From assembly GCF_000017945.1 (NCBI RefSeq), contig NC_009776.1, forward strand, positions 1,230,001-1,262,000: a DNA stretch of 32,000 bases. The letters are read 5' to 3'. The stretch comes from Ignicoccus hospitalis KIN4/I. GTDB lineage: Archaea > Thermoproteota > Thermoprotei_A > Sulfolobales > Ignicoccaceae. A program made the translations under genes and the position numbers. Each line of letters begins with the position of its first letter. Position 1 is the first letter of the stretch. Under the pieces are notes generated by a model. The model was not told where the DNA came from and ran no database searches. It saw only the letters and a program-made list of their open reading frames with translations. Of the stretch, positions 1 through 8,932 are shown piece after piece.

Positions 1-1234
1 TGGCTCTGTTGGAGTAGTTCAACATCAAATTTATTAAGTCGCGGCCGCGGATCCTCAAGATCCCCTTCCTAACGGCACGCTCGTTATATTCAACGGCCTC
101 GTCGGGTATGAGAGTGGGGGCGTATAGCAGTACGGGCACCGGGTCTCCGGTGTGTTCCTTCACAGTCACGGGCGTCGCGTGGTCGGGGGTGACGGCGAAC
201 ACCGCCTCCCCGTCGTAGTAATCCAACAAGTAGCCCAAGACGTAGTCCAACGCCTCTATCATTTTAATTTTGTTCTCCACATCCCCGTCGTGGGAGGCGG
301 CGTCCGTGCCCTTTATGTGGACGAAGACCATGTCGTAGTCCTTGAGGAGCTCGACGGCCGTCCTAGCCTTGCTCTTGTAGTCCGTGTTAACGCCGCCGGT
401 GGCTCCCGGAGGCACTATCACGTCCATGCCCACCGCCCGGGCTACTCCTAGGACGAGGGCGGTCGCTCCTACAGCTGCAGCTTTGATGCCGTACCTCTCT
501 TGCAAGGTGGGCAATTTCTTTCTCATCATTCCGGCCCCTCTGAGCAACACTATGTTAGCCGGAGGAAGGCCCTTTTCGACCCTCCTCTTGTTGGCCGGGT
601 GGTCCTTGAGTATTTGGTAGCTCCTAAAGGTAATTTCATTAATCACTCTTGCAGTCTTCTTGGCCTCGGGGGTGTCCCTCAAGGGCCTCGCCTCCTGGAC
701 GGGCTTGCCCACCTCGTGAGGGTCCGTGTCGCTGACCTCGTCGCTGAGGCCCTCCCCTTTCAAGACCACGGCCACTCGGTGCTCCGTGGCGTGGTAGAAC
801 CTTACCTTAACGCCCTCTACTTCGCTGAGCTCCTCGTTCAAAGCTTTCACGAGTTCCTCCGCCTCCGGCAAGTACCTTCCGGCCCTCCGGTCCACTACGA
901 CGAGACGGCCTCCCCTCTCCTCAACCGTGGCGAAGTTTCCTCTGAGGGCCACGTCCCCCGGGCCGACCTCTGCTCCCACGCCCAAGGCCTCGAAGGGCCC
1001 CCTCCCCTCGTACCACTCGAAGGGGTCCAGCCCGAAGAGCGCCAAGTGGGCGGTGTCGCTCCCGGGAGGGACGCCGGGGGCTATCACGTCCATCAGGCCC
1101 GCTTGGCCCCTCCTCGCCGCTTCGTCCAGGTTGGGGGTGCTGGCGACCTCCAGCGGGGTCTTGTTACCCAAGGACGGCACCAAACGGTCGCCCATGCCGT
1201 CCCCTACGATTAACACCATCTTCAACTGCTTCAA
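1..1234 (-). CDS. apgM: 2,3-bisphosphoglycerate-independent phosphoglycerate mutase, archaeal ApgM type (3' end runs off the window)
   Basis: Minus-strand open frame with no stop before the window edge, so absent from the ORF track. Reads (M)KQLKMVLIVGDGMGDRLVPSLGNKTPLEVASTPNLDEAARRGQAGLMDVIAPGVPPGSDTAHLALFG...VFAVTPDHATPVTVKEHTGDPVPVLLYAPT; alkaline-phosphatase-superfamily metal motifs GDGMGD, GSDTAH and TPDHATP. Start is TTG at 1234 or ATG at 1219. Confidence 0.9.
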   Translation of the reverse strand, partial: MKQLKMVLIVGDGMGDRLVPSLGNKTPLEVASTPNLDEAARRGQAGLMDVIAPGVPPGSDTAHLALFGLDPFEWYEGRGPFEALGVGAEVGPGDVALRGNFATVEERGGRLVVVDRRAGRYLPEAEELVKALNEELSEVEGVKVRFYHATEHRVAVVLKGEGLSDEVSDTDPHEVGKPVQEARPLRDTPEAKKTARVINEITFRSYQILKDHPANKRRVEKGLPPANIVLLRGAGMMRKKLPTLQERYGIKAAAVGATALVLGVARAVGMDVIVPPGATGGVNTDYKSKARTAVELLKDYDMVFVHIKGTDAASHDGDVENKIKMIEALDYVLGYLLDYYDGEAVFAVTPDHATPVTVKEHTGDPVPVLLYAPTLIPDEAVEYNERAVRKGILRIRGRDLINLMLNYSNRA

Positions 1235-1311
1235 GGCGCTCGCTCCGATACTTAGACGCTCGGCGCTGTATTATTATCCTCTGGCTCAGAGGAGGGAAGC
1301 GGAAGAGGACC

Positions 1312-2133
1312 TTGAGGCCCAGGACTCCCGAGGGACCTAGGTTTCTGAGGTCGGACGGGACGCCGGACAAGGCTACGAGGATACATAAGGAGGCTAAGTG
1401 GTTGGACTTCGCTCACCCTCCCGAGGCGTTGCACTCCCCCAACAGCACGCTCCGCGCCGCGCTGCTGGAGTTCTTGGCGACTCACAGGCTGAACATCATA
1501 GTAGTAGACGGCGACAAGTACGTGGGCGTAGCAACTCTTCCCCGCTTGGCGGCTACGGTAGCGCTCTGGAGGGAGAGGGAGGCGCCGATATACAAGATCT
1601 TGCTAGAGGGCATTAAGAGAATAGAAGAGAAGGTAGCCCCCGTGGCGGACGGGATGGGAGATAAGGAGGTCGCAGAGGTTTTGAGCTCCCTCCCCCCGTC
1701 CGTGGACGAAGTGCCAGTAGTCAAGGAAGAGAAGGTAGTGGGGGTGCTCAGAGTTAGAGAGGTTTTGCTTAGGGGAAGCGTTGACGTTCCCGTAGGCTCC
1801 TTAGCGGAGCCCCTGCCTTCTGTGGGCAGCGTAGGGGAGGCGTTAATGGAGATGGAGAACAAGGACTTACCGGTCGTAATGGTGGGTGACAGGGTTTTGG
1901 ACGCGAGGGACGTAGCGAGGCGCATATGGGAGGAGAGGACGGAAGAAATAGGAAGGGTGAGGTTCGAGGACTTATTGACGGAGCCCTACGAAGTATTTAA
2001 AGAGAACGTGACTATCAAGGAAGTCTTAGATAGCCTCGACCCCCTTAAAGTCGATTACGTGCTCGTGGAGCGCGGGGAGGGCTACGGCGTCGTCCCCTTG
2101 CCGAAGCTCGCGGCGAAGGTCATCCACCCCTAA
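1312..2133 (+). CDS. CBS-domain protein
   Basis: ORF 1312..2133 with tandem CBS-like repeats (LRAALLEFLATHRLNIIVVDGDKYVGVATLPRLA...; VGEALMEMENKDLPVVMVGDRVLDARDVARRIWEE). True start may be the TTG at 1402. Confidence 0.7.
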   Translation: MRPRTPEGPRFLRSDGTPDKATRIHKEAKWLDFAHPPEALHSPNSTLRAALLEFLATHRLNIIVVDGDKYVGVATLPRLAATVALWREREAPIYKILLEGIKRIEEKVAPVADGMGDKEVAEVLSSLPPSVDEVPVVKEEKVVGVLRVREVLLRGSVDVPVGSLAEPLPSVGSVGEALMEMENKDLPVVMVGDRVLDARDVARRIWEERTEEIGRVRFEDLLTEPYEVFKENVTIKEVLDSLDPLKVDYVLVERGEGYGVVPLPKLAAKVIHP

Positions 2134-2140
2134 GTGTTTT

Positions 2141-2554
2141 GTGTGCGACGCGATGTTGGGCAGGCTCGCTAGGTACCTCAGGATTATGGGCTATTCCACA
2201 AAATATAGCGTAGAGGAAGACGAGAAGATACTCGAAGGGCTCGGGGACTGTATACTGCTCACCAGAGATAAGGGCCTCTGCTCCAAGGCCGGGCCCAACT
2301 GCGTTTACATCTCGTCGGGAGACCTAAAGGAGCAGCTCGCCCAGCTGAGGCTCGAGATAGGGTTGCCCCTAAGGCTCCCGGAGAGGCCGTTGAGGTGTTC
2401 CGTCTGCAACGGCCCCTTGGAGTACGTGGGCAAAGTCGGGGACAGAGAGCTCTGGAGGTGCAAGGTTTGCGGTCAGCCCTACTGGATGGGGAGTCACATA
2501 AAAAGGATTAAGAGGACGCTGGAAGAGGTAAACAAAACCTTGGGGTTTACTTAG
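2141..2554 (+). CDS. Mut7-C RNAse (DUF82) domain protein with zinc ribbon
   Basis: ORF with CDAMLGRLARYLRIMGYSTKY...ILLTRDKGL plus CSVCNGPLEY...WRCKVCGQPYWMGSHIKRI, typical of the Mut7-C family. Confidence 0.8.
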   Translation: MCDAMLGRLARYLRIMGYSTKYSVEEDEKILEGLGDCILLTRDKGLCSKAGPNCVYISSGDLKEQLAQLRLEIGLPLRLPERPLRCSVCNGPLEYVGKVGDRELWRCKVCGQPYWMGSHIKRIKRTLEEVNKTLGFT

Positions 2555-3518
2555 TCCTCTTTAATCTAAAGCCCAACGAGATCACGTTGGTAGGGCAGAC
2601 CTCGACGCAGCGCCCGCACCTAAAGCAGCGGTAATCGGTCACGTCCTTGTTCTTTAAAACGTAGTCGCCCATAACGTCTATACCCATAGGGCAGACCATG
2701 CTACAGAGCCTACACTTGGTGCACCTACTCACGTCGTTTATCTTTATTTTAAACGGGTCATACTTATTCATGACGAAGCCGTAGAGGGCGCCGATGGGGC
2801 ACACGAACCTGCACCAAGCCCTCTTTATACCGAAGACCTTCTCGGCCACTACGTTGACTATCAAGGCGAAGACTACGAAGGCTCCGTACGCCAAGGCGGT
2901 TCCTGCCGCGGCCCCCGGCACGTTAGCTATGACGCCGAGCACCGCGCTGCCTAGCTTGGACGCGTTCGAAGTGGGAGATATCGTAGTGTAGAAGGGGTAG
3001 CCCAAAGCCCAAGAGAGCAGGACGTATGCTATTAAGGCGATTATCGGTACCGCCTTCTCTGCTTTGGTAGGAGTGTGGAAGGTGGAGTGCCTCGGCTGGT
3101 TAGGCAAGTTCAGCTTCTTCTCGAAGATGCTGAAGAGGAGGTCCATCGGGCACACCCAGCCACAGAAGAACCTGCCCAGAACGGAGTACAGCGCGACGAC
3201 CACCAGCACGGCGGTTAAGCTCTCTATCGTGGCGTAGTGGGTGGCCGCGAGCATTTCTAAGAACGCTATTGGATCCAACATTGGGATGTATATTTCGTTT
3301 ACCTCCATTCCCGGCAAGGCAATGGTCTGGTTGAGTACTATATCTATTGGCCTGCTCGAGGCCAAGCTCCCGTTGAAGAGCACTCCTCCGGTGAACAGCT
3401 GTATAGAGAACATTATTAGGATGAACAACTGGAGGGAGCGTCTTAGAAGGGTCCACTTCCCTCTAGGCGGCCTGCCCCTCAGCCACTTCTTCACCTTACC
3501 GACGGCCTTCAACCTCAC
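2547..3518 (-). CDS. napH: NapH-like membrane ferredoxin/quinol dehydrogenase subunit
   Basis: Several hydrophobic helices, GRFFCGWVCPMDLLF and RAWCRFVCPIGALYG motifs, then two C-terminal 4Fe-4S motifs CTKCRLCSMVCP and CFRCGRCVEVCP. GTG start overlaps the napG TGA stop (GTGA). Confidence 0.82.
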   Translation of the reverse strand: MRLKAVGKVKKWLRGRPPRGKWTLLRRSLQLFILIMFSIQLFTGGVLFNGSLASSRPIDIVLNQTIALPGMEVNEIYIPMLDPIAFLEMLAATHYATIESLTAVLVVVALYSVLGRFFCGWVCPMDLLFSIFEKKLNLPNQPRHSTFHTPTKAEKAVPIIALIAYVLLSWALGYPFYTTISPTSNASKLGSAVLGVIANVPGAAAGTALAYGAFVVFALIVNVVAEKVFGIKRAWCRFVCPIGALYGFVMNKYDPFKIKINDVSRCTKCRLCSMVCPMGIDVMGDYVLKNKDVTDYRCFRCGRCVEVCPTNVISLGFRLKRTK

Positions 3519-4492
3519 TCACCTAGGCCGCTGCTCTCCAAGGGCTTCGCTTTGCGGACGTTAAGTAGGTAGTCCGCGTTGAGGGACGACCTTATAGTAG
3601 CGGTGAAGGGGTCCGTCTCCTCCGCTTTCTTTATTAACTCTAAGTACTCATCATAGGTCATTCCGGTGTTCTTGAAGTTCTTGATCCTCTTCTCGTACTC
3701 CTCCTTCGGTAGGACGTGAATTGCCGCTCCGGGGACCGGGCAAGCCCTTACGCAAAGCCCGCAGCCGTTGCATTCCTCACCTTTCACTCGGGTGTGAACC
3801 CCCCACTCGTTGAAGTGGAAGTCGAACACTTCCGAGCCTCTGGGGCACGCGGAGGCACAGCTCTTGCAGTCGCCGCTGTTCCACGCCCAACACAAGTCCG
3901 GGTCTATGAGGGCAACGCCCATCTTAACCTCGGAGGGCTTAACTTCTTTGAGGGCGTCCGTCGGGCAGACCTCTGTACAGCGCATACACAGCTCGCAAGG
4001 GTAGTTCATTACGTCATATACCACCGGCGTGCCGACGTACTTAAGACCCTTTTCCAAGCCCCTCAACTTCAAAGTGTGGTAGTTCATGTGAGTACAAGCG
4101 GTATAACAGAGCCCGCACCTTACGCACTTCGAATAGAAGTTCTCGTCCGCCCCGGGGGGCAACAGCTCGTACTTGTCGTACTTGTACTCCTTCGTGTAGG
4201 TCTGACACTTGTCGGGTAGAAGCGGGTTCTTTACTAAGTACTTCCCATTTACCTCTTCTACTAAGTTTAGCGCCTTGTAATAGTTTATCTTCTCTTGGCT
4301 CTCGAGCACCCACGGTTCGTAGTAATAACCGTAGCACTCGTCATTATGTTCTTCATTCTCCTTTGCTTCGAGCTCCTTTAGCACCTTTTCCGCTATGGGG
4401 GCAGTCTTAGTTATAGCCGGTATGGCCGCGCTGGAGATCAACAGCCCTTTAATGAGGTTGCGTCTCGAGGGGTTCAAAGCCTCGCGACCCAC
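3515..4492 (-). CDS. napG: NapG-like periplasmic ferredoxin-type protein with Tat signal
   Basis: N-terminal SRRNLIKGLLISSAAIPA twin-arginine signal; 4Fe-4S motifs CVRCGLCYTACTH, CELCMRCTEVCP, CKSCASACP, CNGCGLCVRACP. True start may be the in-frame TTG at 4477. Confidence 0.82.
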   Translation of the reverse strand: MGREALNPSRRNLIKGLLISSAAIPAITKTAPIAEKVLKELEAKENEEHNDECYGYYYEPWVLESQEKINYYKALNLVEEVNGKYLVKNPLLPDKCQTYTKEYKYDKYELLPPGADENFYSKCVRCGLCYTACTHMNYHTLKLRGLEKGLKYVGTPVVYDVMNYPCELCMRCTEVCPTDALKEVKPSEVKMGVALIDPDLCWAWNSGDCKSCASACPRGSEVFDFHFNEWGVHTRVKGEECNGCGLCVRACPVPGAAIHVLPKEEYEKRIKNFKNTGMTYDEYLELIKKAEETDPFTATIRSSLNADYLLNVRKAKPLESSGLGE

Positions 4493-4495
4493 TGC

Positions 4496-4513
4496 GTTCC
4501 GCTGAAGCGGAAC
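4496..4513. promoter_or_regulatory. Perfect inverted repeat GTTCCGCT-GA-AGCGGAAC, candidate operator for napGH
   Basis: 8-bp arms with 2-bp spacer, placed between a TATA-like GTTATTAGG (minus strand, about 4513-4521) and the napG start. Confidence 0.5.
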
Positions 4514-4590
4514 CTAATAACGAGGACATTTACATTGCGAGGGCGATACGAAAAGATGGGTAGAGTAGGGACGCAAGCCCTCATTGAGGA

Positions 4591-4606
4591 GATAAAAAAT
4601 AAAAAC
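4591..4606 (-). terminator. T-rich terminator-like tract immediately downstream of napA
   Basis: Minus strand reads CGTTTTTATTTTTTATC right after the napA TAA stop (4612-4614); archaeal termination uses T-rich tracts. Confidence 0.5.
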
Positions 4607-4611
4607 GTGTG

Positions 4612-7600
4612 TTAGGCTAGCTCGGTCTTACAGTCCGGACAGTAGTCCTTTAGGTTTATGTCGTACTTGGGAGCCGAAGTCTGCACCGGCGCGGTGACGG
4701 ACTCCGGAATCTCGTCGGGCCTGGCCTTCCTTATCTTAGCAGCACAAGTCTTGAAGTCCGGCTGGAAGAAGTACGGCTGGACGTCGTAGTTGTCCAGAGT
4801 TATTGCGTTGGCTAGCTTGTTGGGGTCGAACCACGGTATGAAGACGTAGTCTTTCCTCGGACCTCCCAGGCCGGTCTTGGGGTTGAGTACCCTTGCCGGG
4901 ACTACGATCTTCCCTCTCGGGCTCTCCACCACGACCCAATCGCCAGACTTTATACCCAGCTCTTCAGCGAGTTCGTAGTTTATCTCGACGTAAGCGGTGG
5001 GCTTGACGCGGTAGAGCTCCGGCACCCTACAAGTCATAGTGCACGTGTGCCAGTGCTCTATCACCCTTCCGGTGGTCGCCACCAGCGGGTACTCGTTGCT
5101 GTCCCTCACGGATATTATGTTACCGTCCTTCGTCCTGTACCTCAAGTTGAAGCCGGGCGCCTCGGCCGGGGCCAACGCTATCTGGAATATCGCGGCGACG
5201 TCGCCCTTGTAGGCCTTCAGTGCCTCGCCCCAGCTCATCTCCTCCAGCACTTGCAAGCCTCTCTCGGGGTCGCCGTCAGCTGGCTCAGCTTCGTACTTCT
5301 TTACTATCCTAAACGGACCCTTCGGCTCGGAGAACACGCTTATCTTGCCCTTGAAAGCCGCGTCGGCGTCCAACTTCTCTTCGGTTATTAGCACAGTCTT
5401 GTTTATGGTAATCTTTCCGGTCTTGTGGTCTATGTTCACTGGCAACCACGGCCTGGTCCACATGGTGACCCTTCCGGTGGGCTTCGGATAGATGACGTTG
5501 TACCAGTCCTCCGGCAAGTTGTTCTTCCTCTTGTACTCCTTGTCGTCTATCTCCTCGACTATGTTCTTCAATATCCACTTGAGCAACGGCGGGTTGTGCC
5601 ACAACTTTCCGAGCCACTTCTTCTTGTGTATCGGGTGGAGCTTCGTATCGTCGTAGTTCATTATTACTTCGTGTATCTTCTCCGGATCGTCCAAGTCCTT
5701 AATCTTGTTATACAAGTCCTTAATGACCTCTGGATCTGGCATTAACGCGTCGTACGGATAGACATACCTCATAGCGCTCTCGTAAGTGTCATACCTCTTC
5801 TTCACGCTGGGGTTGTAAGCGTAAGTCCACGGCCACGGCCAGCGGAAGGCGCGCTGCTGCTCCCAAGTCCTCTTACGGAAGGTCTCTCTGTCGGGGTAGC
5901 TGAAGTCGTAGTAGGTGTTCTTCGCAAGCGCCCTGATATCGTAGTTCCATATCCTATCGAGCACCTTCATGTGCCACTTCAAGTCGTGGCTCTTCTTCAC
6001 TACGTAGTCTACCCAGCTGGTCCCGGCTTTCTTCGCCGCCTCGTCGACTCTCTCGGGGAAGAACACGCTCACTATGCCCTTCGGTACCAGGCCTTCGTCC
6101 TCCCACGCCTTGCCTAACATGGCGAAGATTATGTGGTCACCAACCGCCTCCCCTGGCGGCTTGACGAGGTAGCGTGCGATGGAGTACCTCCTCTCAGTAC
6201 AGCCGTAGAAGAACTCCTTCTCGCCGTAGGCGGCCGCGGGCAATATCAAGTCAGCCAAGTCGGTGGTCCTAGTGGGGTAGATGTCGCTGACCACCACGAA
6301 GGGGAACGCCGGGTCGTCGTCGTGGGGCTTGGCCATGCCTAGCCTGAACTTGTAGAGGTTGGGCAAGCTCTGGCCGGGGTTCGTCTCGGCTATCCATACA
6401 ACCTTTATCTGGCCGGCGTTGACCCTGCGGAACAGCTCTATCACGTGCGGGCCGGGGACGGGGTGTACGTAGATCTTCTTCATGGTGTCTTGTATCTCGG
6501 CCTCGGAGTAACCTAAGTCCTTCATGAGCTCCGCGGTCACGTTCCTCCAGATGTTCTCCACTTCCTCCCTCGCAGCCTTGTTGGCTATTAGCCTACCGTA
6601 AGGGAGCACGTGGGCGAGGCCTCCTTGGTCCCTTATGCCGCCACACGCGTTAGGCTGGCCGGTCAGGCTGAGCGTGCCGCTACCATACTTGCCTATCTTG
6701 CCAGCTAAGGCCAAGAAGTCTATTATTGCGTTTATGCTGTGAACGCCTTGGATCTTCTGGTTTATACCCATCGTCCAGAGGACTAGCGGCCTGCCCTCCG
6801 CCAACCACTTCGCTGCGAGCTCCATGGCCTTCACGGGCTCTATTTCGACGAAGGGGTCGTTACCGCTCAAGTTGACTTGGGTGGGCTCCAGCTCGCCGCT
6901 CGCTATGAGCTTCTCCGCCAAGCTCCTCTTAATGAGTGGCTTCTCGTCGCCGAAGAGCAACTTCACCATTACTTCCGGCTTATACATTTCGAAGAACTTG
7001 ACGAAGAGCGCGAAGCCCTTCCACCAGTCCTTCTCGACCTCGTCCTCGTTCTTGTACTCCTTCCCTACGCTGGGGTACATGGCGTAGTTGGAGTTAATGC
7101 TAGCGGTGGTACCCATGTCCCATACTTTGTTTGCCTCGCCTAGGTTGTTGTACTTGGTATTGTAATCCTTCAACGCCCAAGTCTTCTGGGACTGCTTGAT
7201 TACGGCAAAGTCAGCATGCCTCTTGAGCCAGTCTATGTCTATGTACTCAGGGTTCTCGCACTCTACCTTACCGGCTTCGGGGTCGGCCTTACACTTGGCT
7301 AAGCGGAAGAGCAGTATGTGTATCAACGTGTTCATGAAAGCGACGTCCATTGACCACCTAAGTGGTAGCCAGAGGTCGCTGACTACTCCGGTCCTAGTCT
7401 TCCTGGGATCCGCGAGGATTATCTTGCCCTTGTCGCCTAGCTTCTCCTTAACCCTAGCTATCCTACCGAAGACTATTGGGTGCGCCTCGGAAGTGTTGGT
7501 ACCTATTAAGAGGAAGGTGTCCGCGTGAACGCCGGTGTTAGGCTCTGGGACGTCTATCAAGTCGTAGCTGGTTTCCGGTTCGTCGGCGCCAAAGCTAGTT

Positions 7601-8391
7601 ATGTAGCCACCGACCGCGGAGACCATACACATCCTCGGGTTTCCGTCTAGGTTGTTGGTGTGGATACCGCCCTTGGTTAGCTTGTTTATGACGTAACTCT
7701 CCTCAGTCCCTAACTGGCCGCTCCCGTAGTAGGCGAAGCTGTGTGGACCGTACTTCTGTAGGGCATACTTCATTATTGCAGTGAAGAACTTGACTGCGGT
7801 ATCCCAGTCCACTTCGACGTAATTGCCTCCGTAGACCCAGTCGTCTATGGGTATCTTCGCGTCGACGTTCTTGTTGACTTGCTTGTTCTTGACCCTCGGG
7901 GCCAGAGGTATTTCTTCCGGCTTGATAGGCGGCCTGTTGAGGTCTGGGATTATCCAGTCCTTGTTAACCATTGGCTTCCTGAGCCTCCTCTTCCAAGCGT
8001 TGGGCTCAGCCCAACCCATGGCCTTGTGTATGTAGAAGGCCTTGGTACACATGGCACCGTGGTTGACCGGGTAACCGGGCATTCCGAGGATTCCGTAGAC
8101 CTTACCGTAGCTGCTAAGGCCGGTCTCGGGGTCGACGATGGCCATCGCTTGGACTCCACAACCGGTCCCACAGAATCGGCACGGACCTATGGGAACGATG
8201 GTCATCTTTCTAGGACCTTGCATGTTTAGGACAGAGTTTATCGACGCCTTGACTTCGCCCTCGAGCTCCTTGTTGATGACCTTCGCCGCCTTGCTCGCGG
8301 TTGCCATAGCGGCTCCTAGGGCTAGGGCCTTTAGTAAGCTCCTTCTGGTAGAACTCGGCAAGGCAGACACTGCACCCGATACTAGCCTCAT
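4612..8391 (-). CDS. napA: NapA-like molybdopterin oxidoreductase (periplasmic nitrate reductase family), unusually large, Tat-exported
   Basis: Tat signal STRRSLLKALALGAA; 4Fe-4S motif CRFCGTGCGVQA...NHGAMCTKA; Mo-Cys loop NPRMCMVSAVGGY; C-terminal EHWHTCTMTCRVPEL, the NapA-type HWHTxTMTxRVPEL motif. Start set at ATG 8391 in front of the Tat signal; the track's start at 8661 overlaps the upstream gene. Confidence 0.88.
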   Translation of the reverse strand: MRLVSGAVSALPSSTRRSLLKALALGAAMATASKAAKVINKELEGEVKASINSVLNMQGPRKMTIVPIGPCRFCGTGCGVQAMAIVDPETGLSSYGKVYGILGMPGYPVNHGAMCTKAFYIHKAMGWAEPNAWKRRLRKPMVNKDWIIPDLNRPPIKPEEIPLAPRVKNKQVNKNVDAKIPIDDWVYGGNYVEVDWDTAVKFFTAIMKYALQKYGPHSFAYYGSGQLGTEESYVINKLTKGGIHTNNLDGNPRMCMVSAVGGYITSFGADEPETSYDLIDVPEPNTGVHADTFLLIGTNTSEAHPIVFGRIARVKEKLGDKGKIILADPRKTRTGVVSDLWLPLRWSMDVAFMNTLIHILLFRLAKCKADPEAGKVECENPEYIDIDWLKRHADFAVIKQSQKTWALKDYNTKYNNLGEANKVWDMGTTASINSNYAMYPSVGKEYKNEDEVEKDWWKGFALFVKFFEMYKPEVMVKLLFGDEKPLIKRSLAEKLIASGELEPTQVNLSGNDPFVEIEPVKAMELAAKWLAEGRPLVLWTMGINQKIQGVHSINAIIDFLALAGKIGKYGSGTLSLTGQPNACGGIRDQGGLAHVLPYGRLIANKAAREEVENIWRNVTAELMKDLGYSEAEIQDTMKKIYVHPVPGPHVIELFRRVNAGQIKVVWIAETNPGQSLPNLYKFRLGMAKPHDDDPAFPFVVVSDIYPTRTTDLADLILPAAAYGEKEFFYGCTERRYSIARYLVKPPGEAVGDHIIFAMLGKAWEDEGLVPKGIVSVFFPERVDEAAKKAGTSWVDYVVKKSHDLKWHMKVLDRIWNYDIRALAKNTYYDFSYPDRETFRKRTWEQQRAFRWPWPWTYAYNPSVKKRYDTYESAMRYVYPYDALMPDPEVIKDLYNKIKDLDDPEKIHEVIMNYDDTKLHPIHKKKWLGKLWHNPPLLKWILKNIVEEIDDKEYKRKNNLPEDWYNVIYPKPTGRVTMWTRPWLPVNIDHKTGKITINKTVLITEEKLDADAAFKGKISVFSEPKGPFRIVKKYEAEPADGDPERGLQVLEEMSWGEALKAYKGDVAAIFQIALAPAEAPGFNLRYRTKDGNIISVRDSNEYPLVATTGRVIEHWHTCTMTCRVPELYRVKPTAYVEINYELAEELGIKSGDWVVVESPRGKIVVPARVLNPKTGLGGPRKDYVFIPWFDPNKLANAITLDNYDVQPYFFQPDFKTCAAKIRKARPDEIPESVTAPVQTSAPKYDINLKDYCPDCKTELA

Positions 8392-8521
8392 TCCAGGAGC
8401 TAATATACGCTCTCTGTATATGGGAGGGCCGAAAGTCGGGTTGTGCTCCCTCGTCTTGTCAGTACATGCTTCAAAACTTGGGACGCATTGTTTTTGAAAT
8501 AAAATAGAGGTCCCTCGAACT

Positions 8522-8884
8522 TCAGAGGGAACGCAACAGATCCTCGAAATACTTGCGAGCTTCATCAGATAAAGATATCTCGCCCCTTTCCAACATCTCT
8601 TCCAACTCTCTCCTCGCGTCGTCGTCCGCCAAGAACCCCCATACCACGAAGGCCTTCGCAACGCCCTCGATCGTTTCGCCGGTCTTTATTACCCTCTCTA
8701 AGCTCTTTACGTCTGGCGCCTCTACATAGAATATCAAATAAGCTGGATTATCCGTCTCGTATATCTCAAAACCTAACTCCCTCAACTGGGAGGCGATCCT
8801 CGCGTACTCCTCTGTGCCCCTATAGTTAGGGGCGACTAAGAAGAAGCCCGTCGCAAAGGGCACTAGACTCGCACCGCTGAACAC
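8522..8884 (-). CDS. Small NapD-like protein (putative chaperone for the NapA Tat signal)
   Basis: IASQLRELGFEIYETDNPAYLIFYVEAPDVKSLERVIKTGETIEGVAKAFVVWGF resembles NapD (interrupted I..L....G.EV...D....L.VVVEA.D...L...I..I...EGV...SLVYH). Directly upstream of napA on the same strand. C-terminal about 35 aa is additional. Confidence 0.5.
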   Translation of the reverse strand: MFSGASLVPFATGFFLVAPNYRGTEEYARIASQLRELGFEIYETDNPAYLIFYVEAPDVKSLERVIKTGETIEGVAKAFVVWGFLADDDARRELEEMLERGEISLSDEARKYFEDLLRSL

Positions 8885-8932
8885 TTATCCAAAATTCATT
8901 AAATAGTGACCGCCCGGCGCTCGGGGCTCAAT

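Noticed and set aside
500-1213. 237-aa plus-strand ORF and other plus ORFs in 152..1340
   Set aside because: They lie antisense to a convincing apgM frame that the ORF track missed because it runs off the window; composition is typical of a high-GC shadow ORF.
4041-4337. 98-aa minus-strand ORF (MLRLLLRTVGAREPRED...)
   Set aside because: Alternative frame inside napG, which has clear ferredoxin motifs.
4612-8391. Alternative identity as formate dehydrogenase or polysulfide/arsenate reductase
   Set aside because: The NPRMCMVSAV loop, the HWHTxTMTxRVPEL motif and linked NapG/NapH favour the NapA family, although substrate remains untested.
8392-8661. N-terminal extension of the NapA ORF to 8661 as given in the track
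   Set aside because: It would precede the Tat signal with ~90 aa of non-signal sequence and overlap the NapD-like gene; ATG at 8391 places the twin-arginine motif correctly.
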